Part shown: in pieces, positions 34,245 through 43,952 of the stretch
Position numbering within the stretch: the stretch's first letter is position 1
How the letters are laid out: every line of letters starts with the position of its first letter
NCBI GenBank assembly: GCA_016867835.1
Contig: VGIQ01000004.1
Span: 1 to 54,344 of the forward strand
Length of the DNA stretch: 54,344 nucleotides
DNA from: Calditrichota bacterium
Lineage (GTDB): Bacteria > Electryoneota > AABM5-125-24 > Hatepunaeales > Hatepunaeaceae
Direction: 5' to 3'
Program-made: the position numbers and the translations under genes
Notes under the pieces: generated by a model
What the model was told of the DNA's origin: nothing
Databases searched by the model: none
Seen by the model: only the letters and a program-made list of their open reading frames with translations

Positions 34245-34511
34245 TTACTCAAGATCGATCCTATCGACGATGGCGACGGCGACGGCATCGACCGGCCGGT
34301 TAGCCGTGGCATCGATGGTCTGGGTGGAGGGACCATTGGCAATCAGGACGAGGTCTCCCTGCCCGGCGCCGACGCTGTCCGCCGCAACGAGATGTCGTCC
34401 GGTCGGCTCGAGCGCCAGGTCGAGTTCCTGCACGGCGAGCAACACCAGCCCCGTCAAAGCGGGGTTCTTGTGTGACGCAGCGACCGTGCCGGAGACCAGG
34501 CCGATGATCAC
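34245..34511 (-). CDS. Bacterial microcompartment vertex protein BMC-P (EutN/CcmL family)
   Basis: 88 aa. MIIGLVSGTVAASHKNP...LLAVQELD...VAADSVGAGQGDLVLIANG...RPVDAVAVAIVD parallels EutN/CcmL. The GTG start overlaps the BMC-H stop (GTGA). Confidence 0.85.
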   Translation of the reverse strand: MIIGLVSGTVAASHKNPALTGLVLLAVQELDLALEPTGRHLVAADSVGAGQGDLVLIANGPSTQTIDATANRPVDAVAVAIVDRIDLE

Positions 34512-34819
34512 TCTTCGGCGCTCCGGGTGAGCGACAACTGCCCCCGGCTGAGAGCCGCTTCGACGTCCTCATGTGGCCGGGGTATGACGTGAGCCGCAAC
34601 CAACGGCCCCACCTTTTCGGCAGACTGGCCGGCCGCTTCGACGGCCGCCTTGACCGATGCGACGTCGCCACGCACGACGACGGTGATGAACCCGCCGCCG
34701 GTCGGCACGAGTCCGCTGATATCAACCCGCGCGGCTTTGACCATCGCGTCCGCGGCTTCGATGGCTGCGGCGTAGGAGCGGGTCTCGATTATCCCGAGGG
34801 CGGAACTTCCCCCTTTCAT
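34508..34819 (-). CDS. Bacterial microcompartment hexamer shell protein BMC-H (PduA/EutM/CcmK family)
   Basis: 103 aa from ATG 34819. ALGIIETRSYAAAIEAADAMVKAARVDISG...GGGFITVVVRGDVASVKAAVEAAG...VAAHVIPRPHEDVE is a canonical PF00936 sequence. Confidence 0.9.
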   Translation of the reverse strand: MKGGSSALGIIETRSYAAAIEAADAMVKAARVDISGLVPTGGGFITVVVRGDVASVKAAVEAAGQSAEKVGPLVAAHVIPRPHEDVEAALSRGQLSLTRSAEE

Positions 34820-34919
34820 AACGCTATCCAGTTGATGGTGAATGTCTGATTCGTCACGAGCGAGCCTCTGCCGGTGCCCGCGACCAGTATTCTCCGGTGC
34901 GGAGCGACGGGCACGGGCA

Positions 34920-35762
34920 TCAGAATTGTTTTTCGATGACCGCACGCTCAACCTGATTCTGCAGTTCGGTCGTCCGCTTCGGATCGCGCAGCGCGACCAG
35001 GGTCCAGAGCGTATCGACGATCGCCACCTGGGCGACGCGCGAAGCGACTGCCTCGGCTCGAAACTTTGTCTCCGATGAAGCCGTGTAGAGGACGATGTCG
35101 GCGGTGCGCGTAACCGGCGAGCGCGAGAAGTTCGTCACCGCGATCGTCGTAGCACCGCGCTTGCGCGCCAGTTCAAGGGTATAGACCGTGTCGCGCGTGT
35201 TGCCCGAATGGGTGATCGCCAGAACTACATCCTCGGGCGACGAGAGTCCGACCGCCATCGCCTGCAGGTGGCTGTCGGTATGAGCCGAGCAGGAAAGTCC
35301 GAGGCGCAGGAACTTATTATAGGCGTCGAGGGTGTTCGGTCCCGAAGTGCCGACGCCGACAAAATAGATGTGCCGCGCTTTGCCAAGCGCTGCGACCGCC
35401 TTCTGAATGCTGAGCGGATCGAGCACCTGCAGCGTGTCATTCATCGCTGCGATATGCCCGCCGAAGACCTTGCGCATCACAACCGCCGGAGGATCCTCCG
35501 GTGCGATAGACTCGTGAATGCTGCGGATGGGCGCGATCACTTCGCGCGCCAAATGCAGTTTCAAGTCCTGAAAGCCGATCAGACCCAACTTGCGGGCGAA
35601 GCGGACCACGGTCGCTTCGCTGACCCCGCTTTCGGAAGCCACATCGGCGACCGAGCGATAGATCAGTTCCGACGGCCGCTCGCGGATGTAAAGCGCGAGA
35701 CGGGCATCGGCGCCCTTCAGGTTGGGCTCCATAAGTCGGATGCGGGTGATGATACTGGACAT
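34920..35762 (-). CDS. MurR/RpiR-family transcriptional regulator (HTH + SIS sugar-phosphate-binding domain)
   Basis: N-terminal HTH_6-like ...YRSVADVASESGVSEATVVRFARKLGLIGFQDLK. SIS domain IYFVGVGTSG...ITHSGNTRDT. Confidence 0.85.
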   Translation of the reverse strand: MSSIITRIRLMEPNLKGADARLALYIRERPSELIYRSVADVASESGVSEATVVRFARKLGLIGFQDLKLHLAREVIAPIRSIHESIAPEDPPAVVMRKVFGGHIAAMNDTLQVLDPLSIQKAVAALGKARHIYFVGVGTSGPNTLDAYNKFLRLGLSCSAHTDSHLQAMAVGLSSPEDVVLAITHSGNTRDTVYTLELARKRGATTIAVTNFSRSPVTRTADIVLYTASSETKFRAEAVASRVAQVAIVDTLWTLVALRDPKRTTELQNQVERAVIEKQF

Positions 35763-35807
35763 TGTGATGATCTACGGTTAATGTGCTTACCGGTGAAACT
35801 TTGCTAC

Positions 35808-35836
35808 ATAATACAAGCGCACAATAGGTTTGTCAA
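35808..35836 (-). promoter_or_regulatory. Near-consensus sigma-70 promoter of the rpiR-BMC-aldolase unit
   Basis: The minus strand reads TTGACA (35836-35831), 17-nt spacer, TATTAT (35813-35808), in an AT-rich intergenic region about 45 nt upstream of the rpiR ATG. Confidence 0.6.
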
Positions 35837-35861
35837 GAGAAAAATGTAATAATGTTTCACT

Positions 35862-35903
35862 TTTCAAAAATAATAATGAAATAGCGCGCCTTTCAAGCGC
35901 GAT
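35862..35903 (-). terminator. Possible intrinsic terminator after the ABC ATPase gene
   Basis: The minus strand reads CGCGC-ttgaaag-GCGCG followed by ctatttcattattattttt. The stem is short. Confidence 0.4.
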
Positions 35904-35952
35904 CAAACCGACTTAAGAGGTTGTTCTGTGTAGGATTAGGGAAAGTGGCAGG

Positions 35953-36633
35953 TCAGGCGGAGACGATCCGACCGTCGAGCATCGAGACGATCCGGTCGGC
36001 TGTCGAAGCGAGATAGGGGTCGTGAGTAACCATTGCGACCGTCCGGCCCGAGCGGGACAGTTCACGCAGGATGCTCATCACCTCTTCACCGGTTGCGCGG
36101 TCGAGGTTGCCGGTCGGTTCGTCGGCGAGCAGCAAAGCCGGCTCACCGGTAAGCGCCCGCGCGATGGCTACGCGCTGCCGTTCGCCGCCGGAAAGTTGGT
36201 TGGGATAATGGTGCGAGCGGCCTTCGAGGCCGACCCGGGCCAGCGCGTCATGCGCCGCCTGATCGGGATCGCCGAACGCCCCGCGCCGGTAGGTGAAGGG
36301 CATCCGCACATTGCGCAGTGCGGTAGCCCGCGGAAGCAGGTTGAAGTTTTGAAAAATGAATCCAATGGTCCGATTGCGAAGGTCCGACCGTTCGTCGTCG
36401 TCGGCATCGCTCACGTCCCGACCTGCCAGTTCAAATCGGCCCTCGTCCGGATGATCGAGCAGCCCGATGATATTCATTAGCGTCGTCTTGCCTGAACCGG
36501 AAGGACCCATAATCGCAACAAACTCCCCCCGCTCGATGGAGAGGTCGATGTCGCGCAAGGCATAGACTTCCGAACTGCCCATCAGGTAGCGCTTGTTTAC
36601 GCCGGTGAGACGGATGAGCGGCAGTTCGCTCAC
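35953..36633 (-). CDS. ABC transporter ATP-binding protein, MacB/LolD/FtsE-like
   Basis: Walker [10 protein letters not shown], signature [15 protein letters not shown], Walker [13 protein letters not shown]. Confidence 0.9.
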   Translation of the reverse strand: MSELPLIRLTGVNKRYLMGSSEVYALRDIDLSIERGEFVAIMGPSGSGKTTLMNIIGLLDHPDEGRFELAGRDVSDADDDERSDLRNRTIGFIFQNFNLLPRATALRNVRMPFTYRRGAFGDPDQAAHDALARVGLEGRSHHYPNQLSGGERQRVAIARALTGEPALLLADEPTGNLDRATGEEVMSILRELSRSGRTVAMVTHDPYLASTADRIVSMLDGRIVSA

Positions 36634-38072
36634 GGAGCGCTCCGGAGCGCTTCGCCAACGGCAAACTCCAGTTCGCCCAGGGCAATGTGGTAGTTGCCGG
36701 TCGTTTCTATCAACTCCCCTTCTGCGCGCTCGTAACTGACCTGCGCCAGATTGACATCGATCAGTGTCGCAGCCCCGAGTCGGTAACGTTCCTGCTCGAA
36801 AGCGAGCGTCTCGCGCGCCAGACGGACATTGCCTTCGGCCGCTCGAAACTGCTCGTAGAGCGCTTGAAGGCGTTCGAAGGCGGCGGTTACCTCAAGGTGA
36901 ATGCGCCGTTCATGTTCGCTCATGTCGAGGCGGGTCTGGTGCAGTCTGACGCGCGCCTCCTCCAGCCGTAGGCCGCGGGTGAAGCGGTCGAATATCTGCC
37001 ATGAAGCAGTAAGTCCAACCGAGGTGAACCGGTTGCGCGGGGTGAGCCGCCACCCGACGTCGAGGCCCGACTGCTCGCTGCGGTTATGAGTCAGGTTGAG
37101 TGCGACCAGGGGCAGATAATCGCCCTTTGCTGAGCGGAGATCGTTGCCTTCTATCTTCATTTGTAACTCAGCCGCCCGGCGGTCGTCGCGGCCGGCAAGG
37201 GCACTCGAGACCAGGTCTTCAAGCGGCCTGCTGAAGGGTGTCGGCGAGGGCAGTCCGGCAAGTTGAATCTCTTGATCGAGAGGCAGTCCAAGCGTCAATC
37301 GCAGGTCATCGAGCGCCCGCCGCCAGACGTAACCGGCTTGGAGACTGTCGCTGCGCGCCCGACCGAGATCGACCTCGGCTTGCAGCACATCCCGCCTCGT
37401 AACCGATCCGATGCTAAGCCGGGTGCTTGCCAAGTCGAGGAGGAGAGTCCGCATTTCCACCGTCCGTCTGGCCAGAATTAGCCGCTGCGATGCATTTACC
37501 GCAGTGCAGTAGTCGCGCGTAGTCTGAAGACGCACCCGGTGCAACAGCCGATGCTGCTGAGCCTCCCGCAAATCGTTGGCATAAAGGCTATTCCGATAGG
37601 AGTTGAAGTTCCGTCCGCCGTCGAAGAGGATCTCCTCGGCGCGGATGAAGATGCCCGAACTGCGACGACTTCCTTCAGGAACCGGCACTACGCGAATATA
37701 AGGCTCAGGCGACATCCGGACATAACCGGCGCTATCGACATAGGTGCTGTAGAGCGAGTCGATACGGGGAAAGGTAGCAACCGAGCCGTCGGGATTGAGA
37801 TAGGTGGGGCTGTAGAAGCGTGACTGGTCGGCGGTGTAACCGACCGTTAGGGTCGGCAGAAAGCGCCCCAGCGCAGCCCGGACTCCCGGCCCGGAGAGGC
37901 GATCCTCGAGAGCCGATTTGGCCAGATCGGGATTGCCAGACTGGGCAGCCATAAGGCACTCTTCGAGGGTCATCTGTCGTGGCGGGGATGGAATAGCTGG
38001 ACGTGATGCCAATATCCCCGTCAATATCAGGGAGATTAGAAAGAAGCGCAGGGTCGCTGGTCGCCTAATCAT
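36630..38072 (-). CDS. TolC-family outer-membrane efflux protein
   Basis: Signal peptide MIRRPATLRFFLISLILTGILA from ATG 38072 (TTG 38093 is also in frame). Two OEP repeats with coiled-coil segments. Confidence 0.8.
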   Translation of the reverse strand: MIRRPATLRFFLISLILTGILASRPAIPSPPRQMTLEECLMAAQSGNPDLAKSALEDRLSGPGVRAALGRFLPTLTVGYTADQSRFYSPTYLNPDGSVATFPRIDSLYSTYVDSAGYVRMSPEPYIRVVPVPEGSRRSSGIFIRAEEILFDGGRNFNSYRNSLYANDLREAQQHRLLHRVRLQTTRDYCTAVNASQRLILARRTVEMRTLLLDLASTRLSIGSVTRRDVLQAEVDLGRARSDSLQAGYVWRRALDDLRLTLGLPLDQEIQLAGLPSPTPFSRPLEDLVSSALAGRDDRRAAELQMKIEGNDLRSAKGDYLPLVALNLTHNRSEQSGLDVGWRLTPRNRFTSVGLTASWQIFDRFTRGLRLEEARVRLHQTRLDMSEHERRIHLEVTAAFERLQALYEQFRAAEGNVRLARETLAFEQERYRLGAATLIDVNLAQVSYERAEGELIETTGNYHIALGELEFAVGEALRSAP

Positions 38073-38961
38073 ATTCCTTATATAGATAGTCAATTGCCGG
38101 ACTCATCGAGTCGAGCCGAAGCCGGGTGGTGGCTATCGCCAGACGGCTCCGGTCTATCCCTGCGAAGGCGTGTCCAGACCGGACAGCAGCCACCAGCGCG
38201 GTCCCGCTGCCGCAGAACGGATCCAGGACGACGCCACCCGGCGGCGATGACGAGGTGACGATGCGCTCGAGGAGCGCGAGCGGCTTCTGCGTCGGATAGC
38301 CGGTTCGCTCCCGAGCCATATTGTTGAGCGTTGAAATTAGCCAGTAGTCGGGGATCTTTTTGACCTGCCCTTTCATTCGCTGCGACGATGCAGGCATCAA
38401 GGGCGGCGAAAAGTAGTGCTGCCCCGGCTGACGCGCATACCAATAGATCTCGTCGTGCTTGCGCGGCCAGTGCCGGGCTGAACTGCCGCCCAATCCGTAG
38501 CACCAAACTATGCTGCTGAGGTGCGCATCGACCCCCAAGAGTCCATCAAGCAACAGCCTGGCAATTCCGGAGGCGCGCTGATCGCAGTGGAAATAGAGCG
38601 AACCGGTTAACTTCAGAATTCGTCGGAGTTCGACCAGCCGCGGCGCCAGCATGACGGCATAGGCGAGCAACCCCGACTCGCCATAGACTTCGCGCAGCGC
38701 CTTCAATATCCCGGCGAGGGTCTTCGACCCTCCGACCTGAATCTCCTTGTAAGCCTTTTTCGCCTCGTCTTCCCAGCGCCAGATGTCAGAGTAGGCGGTC
38801 CCGGAGGCGCTCTCCCTGGTGCGATACTGCTTCTGCGACCCAAAGGGCGGATCGAGGTAGATCAGGTCGATCGACTGGTCGGCAAATTCGCGCCGCAATA
38901 CCGGGAGGTTGTCCCCGAAATAGAGCCTGTTCAAGGCTAATGCCGGGCTTGAAACAGTCAT
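38065..38961 (-). CDS. Beta-class (N6-adenine/N4-cytosine) DNA methyltransferase, paralog of 3228-4175, no adjacent restriction gene
   Basis: LIYLDPPFGSQ ... TGSLYFHCD ... TGYPTQKP ... DPFCGSGTA. Collinear with the first methylase. Overlaps both flanking genes. Confidence 0.85.
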   Translation of the reverse strand: MTVSSPALALNRLYFGDNLPVLRREFADQSIDLIYLDPPFGSQKQYRTRESASGTAYSDIWRWEDEAKKAYKEIQVGGSKTLAGILKALREVYGESGLLAYAVMLAPRLVELRRILKLTGSLYFHCDQRASGIARLLLDGLLGVDAHLSSIVWCYGLGGSSARHWPRKHDEIYWYARQPGQHYFSPPLMPASSQRMKGQVKKIPDYWLISTLNNMARERTGYPTQKPLALLERIVTSSSPPGGVVLDPFCGSGTALVAAVRSGHAFAGIDRSRLAIATTRLRLDSMSPAIDYLYKEYD

Positions 38962-39731
38962 CCCTTCGGTCCCGTGAGCATTGCATTAAGGACGGCAAAG
39001 CAGACGAAAAGCGTCCCCACTGCCGAGACCGCCCGATGGAGAGTGACCCCGAAGATTCTACTGGAGCCGAGACTGATGAGCCAGACCTGCCATATTAGAA
39101 ACGCATCGACAGCCATTGCCACGCGCGCAAAGTAGTTCGCCTGCCAGGCGTCGGGCATCAGAGCCGCCGGATTGGTCGGGAGAATCCACTCGGGATTGAG
39201 CAACTGAAGAGGAATGTGTAGGGCGAGAGGAATCGCTGCAACAAGCCCGGTCCACGAAGCGAGCCCAAAAAGTTCGGGATAGGGCACCCGCTGCTTGAAG
39301 ACGATCCTTCCGATCAGAGATAGCGCCAGCGCCAGACCGGCGGCACCGGCGACGATCATTATGGGGGCTTCAACGATCACATAGACCGGAGCAGTCGCAG
39401 CCATTCGCTCGGTCATCCGGGCTGCTTCATCCTCCGTGATGTTTCTCTCCTGTGCCAGGCCGGTGCGAAACTCGGGGCTCGTAATCCGGGTGCGCAGTTC
39501 CGGTAACTGCACGAACTTCAGACCGGCGAGGGCAACCGCTACAACCAGGAGCGGCACCCAGAACCCATCCTGCCAACCCTTTATGGTGAAGAACCGCTGC
39601 GGCGCCATCAAGACCATTATTAGTCGCGATACGGCACCGGAGCGCGCGTTTTCGAGCCCCGCTTCGTCCAATGTGTCGTCGGGAGACGTTTCCGGCTCTT
39701 CCAAACGCGTCGATTTATCACTCACCGCCAT
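38958..39731 (-). CDS. Polytopic membrane protein, Yip1-domain-like
   Basis: Acidic N-terminus followed by five hydrophobic helices. Family assignment is tentative. Confidence 0.5.
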   Translation of the reverse strand: MAVSDKSTRLEEPETSPDDTLDEAGLENARSGAVSRLIMVLMAPQRFFTIKGWQDGFWVPLLVVAVALAGLKFVQLPELRTRITSPEFRTGLAQERNITEDEAARMTERMAATAPVYVIVEAPIMIVAGAAGLALALSLIGRIVFKQRVPYPELFGLASWTGLVAAIPLALHIPLQLLNPEWILPTNPAALMPDAWQANYFARVAMAVDAFLIWQVWLISLGSSRIFGVTLHRAVSAVGTLFVCFAVLNAMLTGPKG

Positions 39732-41262
39732 TCTCCGGTTTCGGGAAGGCGAAGTCGCGAGTGATCGACCGCCGCACCCGGGCGCGCTGCCGTTTCTCTT
39801 CGAGGAGACGTTCCGCGTTATCCCTCAGCACCTCATCCTTGATCTTCAATAGATACTCCTTCGCGGCGTCATATTCGTAGGGGATCACACCATCGAGGAT
39901 GGCATCCTCGATCCGGCCCTTGAAGACGCCGATCAACGGTCCGGCCGGGAGATCGCAGAGAACCATGATCTCCTCTCCGCGCACCGGCGACTGAAAGTTG
40001 CGCATCCGGTCGCGCGCAGCAACATCCCCCATCCGGTCAGCCATTTCGTTGAAGTTAGTCAGATACCGTTCGACGAGCCGCGGATTGGCGGTGGTAATGT
40101 CCGCACGGCAAAGGACCAGTTGTTCGTCGAGGATATCCGCGGCATCGACCATCAGTCGCCGGATAGCGCTGTCGGTCACGCCCTCGTCGGTCAGGTTGAC
40201 CGGCCTCATATGGAGCCGCACCAGTTTGGTCAGACGCAAACTTTCGTCATTGCCGATGCAGAGCCGTCGCGCGATCTGTTCGACTATCCGCGCCCCGACG
40301 ACTTCATGGCCATGAAAGGTCCAGCCGATCTGCGGTTCGAAGCGCTTGGTGCGCGGCTTGCCGACGTCGTGCAGAAGCCCGGCCAGACGGACGATCGGGT
40401 CGGGCGATGTGTTGACGACGTTCTGCATCACTTTGAGCGAGTGGATGAGGACGTCCTTATGGTGATGCCGCCCTACCTGCTCCACCCCCGACATCTTCAT
40501 CACTTCGGGGACAAGGCGCGTCATAAATCCGGTCTCGATCATAAGTTGCATCGCGCGAACCGGATCGCGCCCGGCAAGCATCTTCAGGAACTCGTCTCCG
40601 ATCCTTTCCGACGCGACGATGCCGATCCGGTCGGCGCACTGCTTGATACCGGTCAGGGTCTCGGGTGCAATGCCGAAATCGAGTTCAGCGGCAAAGCGAA
40701 TGGCGCGCAGCATCCTTAGAGGGTCGTCGCGAAAAGTCGTCTCCGGCTCGAGCGGCGTCCGTAAAATGCGCCGCTCAAGGTCGCCCAGACCGTCGAAGCG
40801 GTCTATCAACTCGCCTTGATGCGGTCCGGTCAGGCCATAAGCGAGCGCGTTGACCGTGAAGTCGCGGCGGGCGAGGTCTTCCTCGATGGTAGCACTGCTG
40901 ACGGTAGCCGGCTTGCGGGAGTCGGCCTGATAACTTTCGCGGCGCGCCGAGGCGAACTCAATCTTACCCTCCGGCAACTGCAGGAGCGCGGTTTGAAACC
41001 TGGCATAGAGCGCGATCTTGCCGGCTCCGTGCGATTTGCCGGCCCTTCGAGCCAGTTCAAGCGCGTCGCCAACCACTGCCAGGTCAAGGTCGCTCGCGCC
41101 ACGCCCCAGCAGCAGGTCACGAAGCGATCCTCCGACGAGGTAGAGTTCGCAGTTTAGCGCCCGGGCTGAGGCAATCACGGCGGGTGGTATAAGTGATTCT
41201 ATAGCCGCCAGCAGTGCGGCACGGTTATAAATGTCCGCTTCATCACTACTAACCGCAGGCAA
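39718..41262 (-). CDS. cca: tRNA nucleotidyltransferase (CCA-adding)/poly(A) polymerase family with HD domain
   Basis: LYLVGGSLRDLLLGRGASDLDLAV head domain. HD motif HHKDVLIHSLKV...LLHDVGKP. Confidence 0.85.
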   Translation of the reverse strand: MPAVSSDEADIYNRAALLAAIESLIPPAVIASARALNCELYLVGGSLRDLLLGRGASDLDLAVVGDALELARRAGKSHGAGKIALYARFQTALLQLPEGKIEFASARRESYQADSRKPATVSSATIEEDLARRDFTVNALAYGLTGPHQGELIDRFDGLGDLERRILRTPLEPETTFRDDPLRMLRAIRFAAELDFGIAPETLTGIKQCADRIGIVASERIGDEFLKMLAGRDPVRAMQLMIETGFMTRLVPEVMKMSGVEQVGRHHHKDVLIHSLKVMQNVVNTSPDPIVRLAGLLHDVGKPRTKRFEPQIGWTFHGHEVVGARIVEQIARRLCIGNDESLRLTKLVRLHMRPVNLTDEGVTDSAIRRLMVDAADILDEQLVLCRADITTANPRLVERYLTNFNEMADRMGDVAARDRMRNFQSPVRGEEIMVLCDLPAGPLIGVFKGRIEDAILDGVIPYEYDAAKEYLLKIKDEVLRDNAERLLEEKRQRARVRRSITRDFAFPKPENGGE

Positions 41263-41313
41263 TGTCGGATGATTTATCAGTGAAGTAGTTATGGCTATTC
41301 GGTCGGATTGGAT

Positions 41314-42354
41314 TCACTCGAAGTGCTCCTCCGCCTCGGCTTGTATCGAACGGAGGTTCTTCAAATCCTTCGCCTTGCGGTCGCGGACAGACTTCGAAAG
41401 CGGCAACGCCAGGGCTTCCGAAGCAGCACGTTGCGCATCAGCCCACTTGCCCTGCTTCGAATAGGCAGTAGCGATGGAATTCAGGCAACTCACCTCATTC
41501 AAGTGGTTATTACGCGCCTGACGGCGAACCGAAGTGAGGATACGGTTATAAATGGCGAGGGTTGAGTCCCAGTCTTCCATCCTGCGCCGGGCTGCACCGC
41601 GCGCCCAGAGGAAGGCGCGGTTTTCGGGATAACGATCGAGGAGGCTCGCGGCGATGGAATCGGCTCTATGATAATCGCCCTTATCGATGGCAATCCAAGC
41701 CAGCGAAGACTGCGCCGCCAGATCGGTCAGTACGCCTTCCCGCGCGCCTCGTTCGAGCATTGCTATTCCGTCTTGACGGCGGTCGGCTACCAGTCCGAGT
41801 GAGCGTAAGATGCCGCTGTATTTGCTCTTAAAGTAGTAGTAATTGCCCAGCCCGACACAGGCATCGGCGCAGGATGGATCGCGGGCCAGCGCAGTCTCGA
41901 GGTGCGTGGCGGCGCGCGACCCGGCAAGTATGGCATCGATGTTGCGTCCACCGCGCAAAGCAACTAACAATCGAAAGCCCTCGGCGGTGCCGAGGTAGAA
42001 CCAGTTGGAGCCGGCCGAATCACCGGCCGCGATGCGCCGTAGAGCAATCGTCGTTACGCTGTCGCAAGCGGCGAAGAGGGCAGCCCGTTCGCTCGAATCC
42101 TCGAAATCTATACTGCGGTTGTTATAAATGATAGCCCTAAGGAGCCAGCCGCCGGGGTGGTCCGGAGTGGCTTCGACAAGACTGTCGGCGAGCGCGAGTG
42201 CGCGGTCATACTCCTCGCGGGTTACGTAGTCGAGGTATCTGCGGGCGATGTCGGTCGGCAAGCCGGTTCCGTTGCCGTAGGTGTAGGCAAGCCATCCCGA
42301 AAAGGATAGGAGAAGCGCCGCCGCCAAAGGTCTCCAACCACGATAATCGATCAC
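41314..42354 (-). CDS. TPR-repeat protein with N-terminal membrane anchor
   Basis: Start set at GTG 42354, which overlaps the upstream stop (GTGA). Anchor PLAAALLLSFSGWLAY. Multiple TPR-like helices. Confidence 0.6.
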   Translation of the reverse strand: MIDYRGWRPLAAALLLSFSGWLAYTYGNGTGLPTDIARRYLDYVTREEYDRALALADSLVEATPDHPGGWLLRAIIYNNRSIDFEDSSERAALFAACDSVTTIALRRIAAGDSAGSNWFYLGTAEGFRLLVALRGGRNIDAILAGSRAATHLETALARDPSCADACVGLGNYYYFKSKYSGILRSLGLVADRRQDGIAMLERGAREGVLTDLAAQSSLAWIAIDKGDYHRADSIAASLLDRYPENRAFLWARGAARRRMEDWDSTLAIYNRILTSVRRQARNNHLNEVSCLNSIATAYSKQGKWADAQRAASEALALPLSKSVRDRKAKDLKNLRSIQAEAEEHFE

Positions 42355-43133
42355 CGGCGGTCGAGGAGTCCGGTGGCGTCGCCTTCGAGACGGGGTGAGT
42401 TTGCCGGGATGCCGGAGACTATCCGCACCGGCCCAACTTCCCGGGCATACCAAACGGCCCGCCGGCGGGTCTGGGAACTGCCGTCGGAATAGGTGTCGGT
42501 CCATATCGTTTCCACGCCCGGAGCCGCTTCGAATCTCCCGCCCGGGACGGCAATCTCCACAGAGGCGAGGAGTTTCTGCTGCTGCTCGACCGAAGCCTGA
42601 AAACGCTCCTCACCACCTGCCGAATAAACCCGGAAACGATACGAACTGCGGGCAATCCGGCCCGTCTCAAGACGCGCCGGAAAGACCAGACGGGGCGGAT
42701 CAAACGCCGTGCAGTCGCCACCGGCAGATATGCGATAGAGGTGCTTCAAGCCTTCGGCGTCCCAGACATAAGCCGAACGCGAAGCCTCGGTAAGCGCGAA
42801 CATCCGGGTGGTGTCGGCAACAGTAACAATGGAAAGGCTCGCTTCGGATCGTTCACCGGTTACGGTCATCGATCCGCTCCATTGGTCGCCGCGAGCGTTG
42901 TGCCATTCATAAATCCAGCGTCCTGATCGCTCGAGTGGAAAGTAGTCTTGCAACTGGACCACACCGCCACCTGCCGAGGCCGCCGGCTCGTCCTTGCGGC
43001 AGCCGGAAGAGAGGCCGATCAGGATGGGCAAACCCCACACTGGAAGGATGGTGAGAATGAGCCTCAAGGCGCGGCCAAGGGCGCTTGCCCGGAGATGGGC
43101 ACAATGTCTGGAACCTGACACTGGCATAGTCAT
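42351..43133 (-). CDS. Hypothetical lipoprotein
   Basis: Lipobox ...LPILIGLSSGC. No family recognised. Start uncertain (43163, 43133 or 43127). Confidence 0.55.
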   Translation of the reverse strand: MTMPVSGSRHCAHLRASALGRALRLILTILPVWGLPILIGLSSGCRKDEPAASAGGGVVQLQDYFPLERSGRWIYEWHNARGDQWSGSMTVTGERSEASLSIVTVADTTRMFALTEASRSAYVWDAEGLKHLYRISAGGDCTAFDPPRLVFPARLETGRIARSSYRFRVYSAGGEERFQASVEQQQKLLASVEIAVPGGRFEAAPGVETIWTDTYSDGSSQTRRRAVWYAREVGPVRIVSGIPANSPRLEGDATGLLDRR

Positions 43134-43185
43134 CCAATATAATGCGCAATTACCCTCCGGCAAATGGCTTGCCCTTACCTTTGCA

Positions 43186-43950
43186 ATGCGTTATCTTCAA
43201 GATGTGAGCACCACTCCGGCGCATCTTGAAGCAGGGAGGCCGGCCCGTTCGGGACAGTTGATACTCGAGCGGCGCAGGCGGCTTTTGGATAAGATGGTGC
43301 CGGAATGGGCAGCATCGCGGGTTTTACTCGATCTGGGCTGCGGCAACGGGGCTCAGACTCGACTCCTGTCCGGACCCGGACGCACCCTTGTCGGTATCGA
43401 CAGCGCCCGGATCGGCGATCTCGAAGAGATTCCCGACCGATCTGCATTCGTCTATGTCCGCGGCAGCGCGGGGGATTTGCCGCTGCGCAATGAAGCGCTC
43501 GACGGCGCGGTCTCGTTCGAGGTACTCGAGCATGTGCCCGATGACCGTGCTGCTGTGCTGGAGGTGGCGCGAACGCTAAAGCCGGGCGGGTTCTTTCTTT
43601 TCACGGTGCCTAACAAATGGTGGGTATTCGAGTCGCACGGAGCGGTGGTGCCGGGACTTAACTTCCTGCCTTGGAACCGTATACCGTTCGTCTCTTACCT
43701 GCCAGGCCACTTGCACGAGCGGATTGCCCGGGCTCGTATCTATACGCTGCGTCGAGCGCTCGAACTGGCTCGAAGCAGCGGACTTGAGCCGCTTGCGAGC
43801 GGCTATATCACGGCTCCACTCGACGTTCTCCCTAAAGGCCTCTTGCGCCGCATCCTGCGCAGCACCATCTTTAGAAACGATACGACTGCACTGCCAGTTT
43901 TGGCGGTGAACCTCTATGTCCTGGCGGCTAAGCCACTTCAGCCGGATTAA
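43186..43950 (+). CDS. Class I SAM-dependent methyltransferase
   Basis: VLLDLGCGNGAQT (motif I) and ALDGAVSFEVLEHVPD. ATG 43186 is chosen to avoid overlap with the divergent gene. Confidence 0.8.
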   Translation: MRYLQDVSTTPAHLEAGRPARSGQLILERRRRLLDKMVPEWAASRVLLDLGCGNGAQTRLLSGPGRTLVGIDSARIGDLEEIPDRSAFVYVRGSAGDLPLRNEALDGAVSFEVLEHVPDDRAAVLEVARTLKPGGFFLFTVPNKWWVFESHGAVVPGLNFLPWNRIPFVSYLPGHLHERIARARIYTLRRALELARSSGLEPLASGYITAPLDVLPKGLLRRILRSTIFRNDTTALPVLAVNLYVLAAKPLQPD

Positions 43951-43952
43951 GT

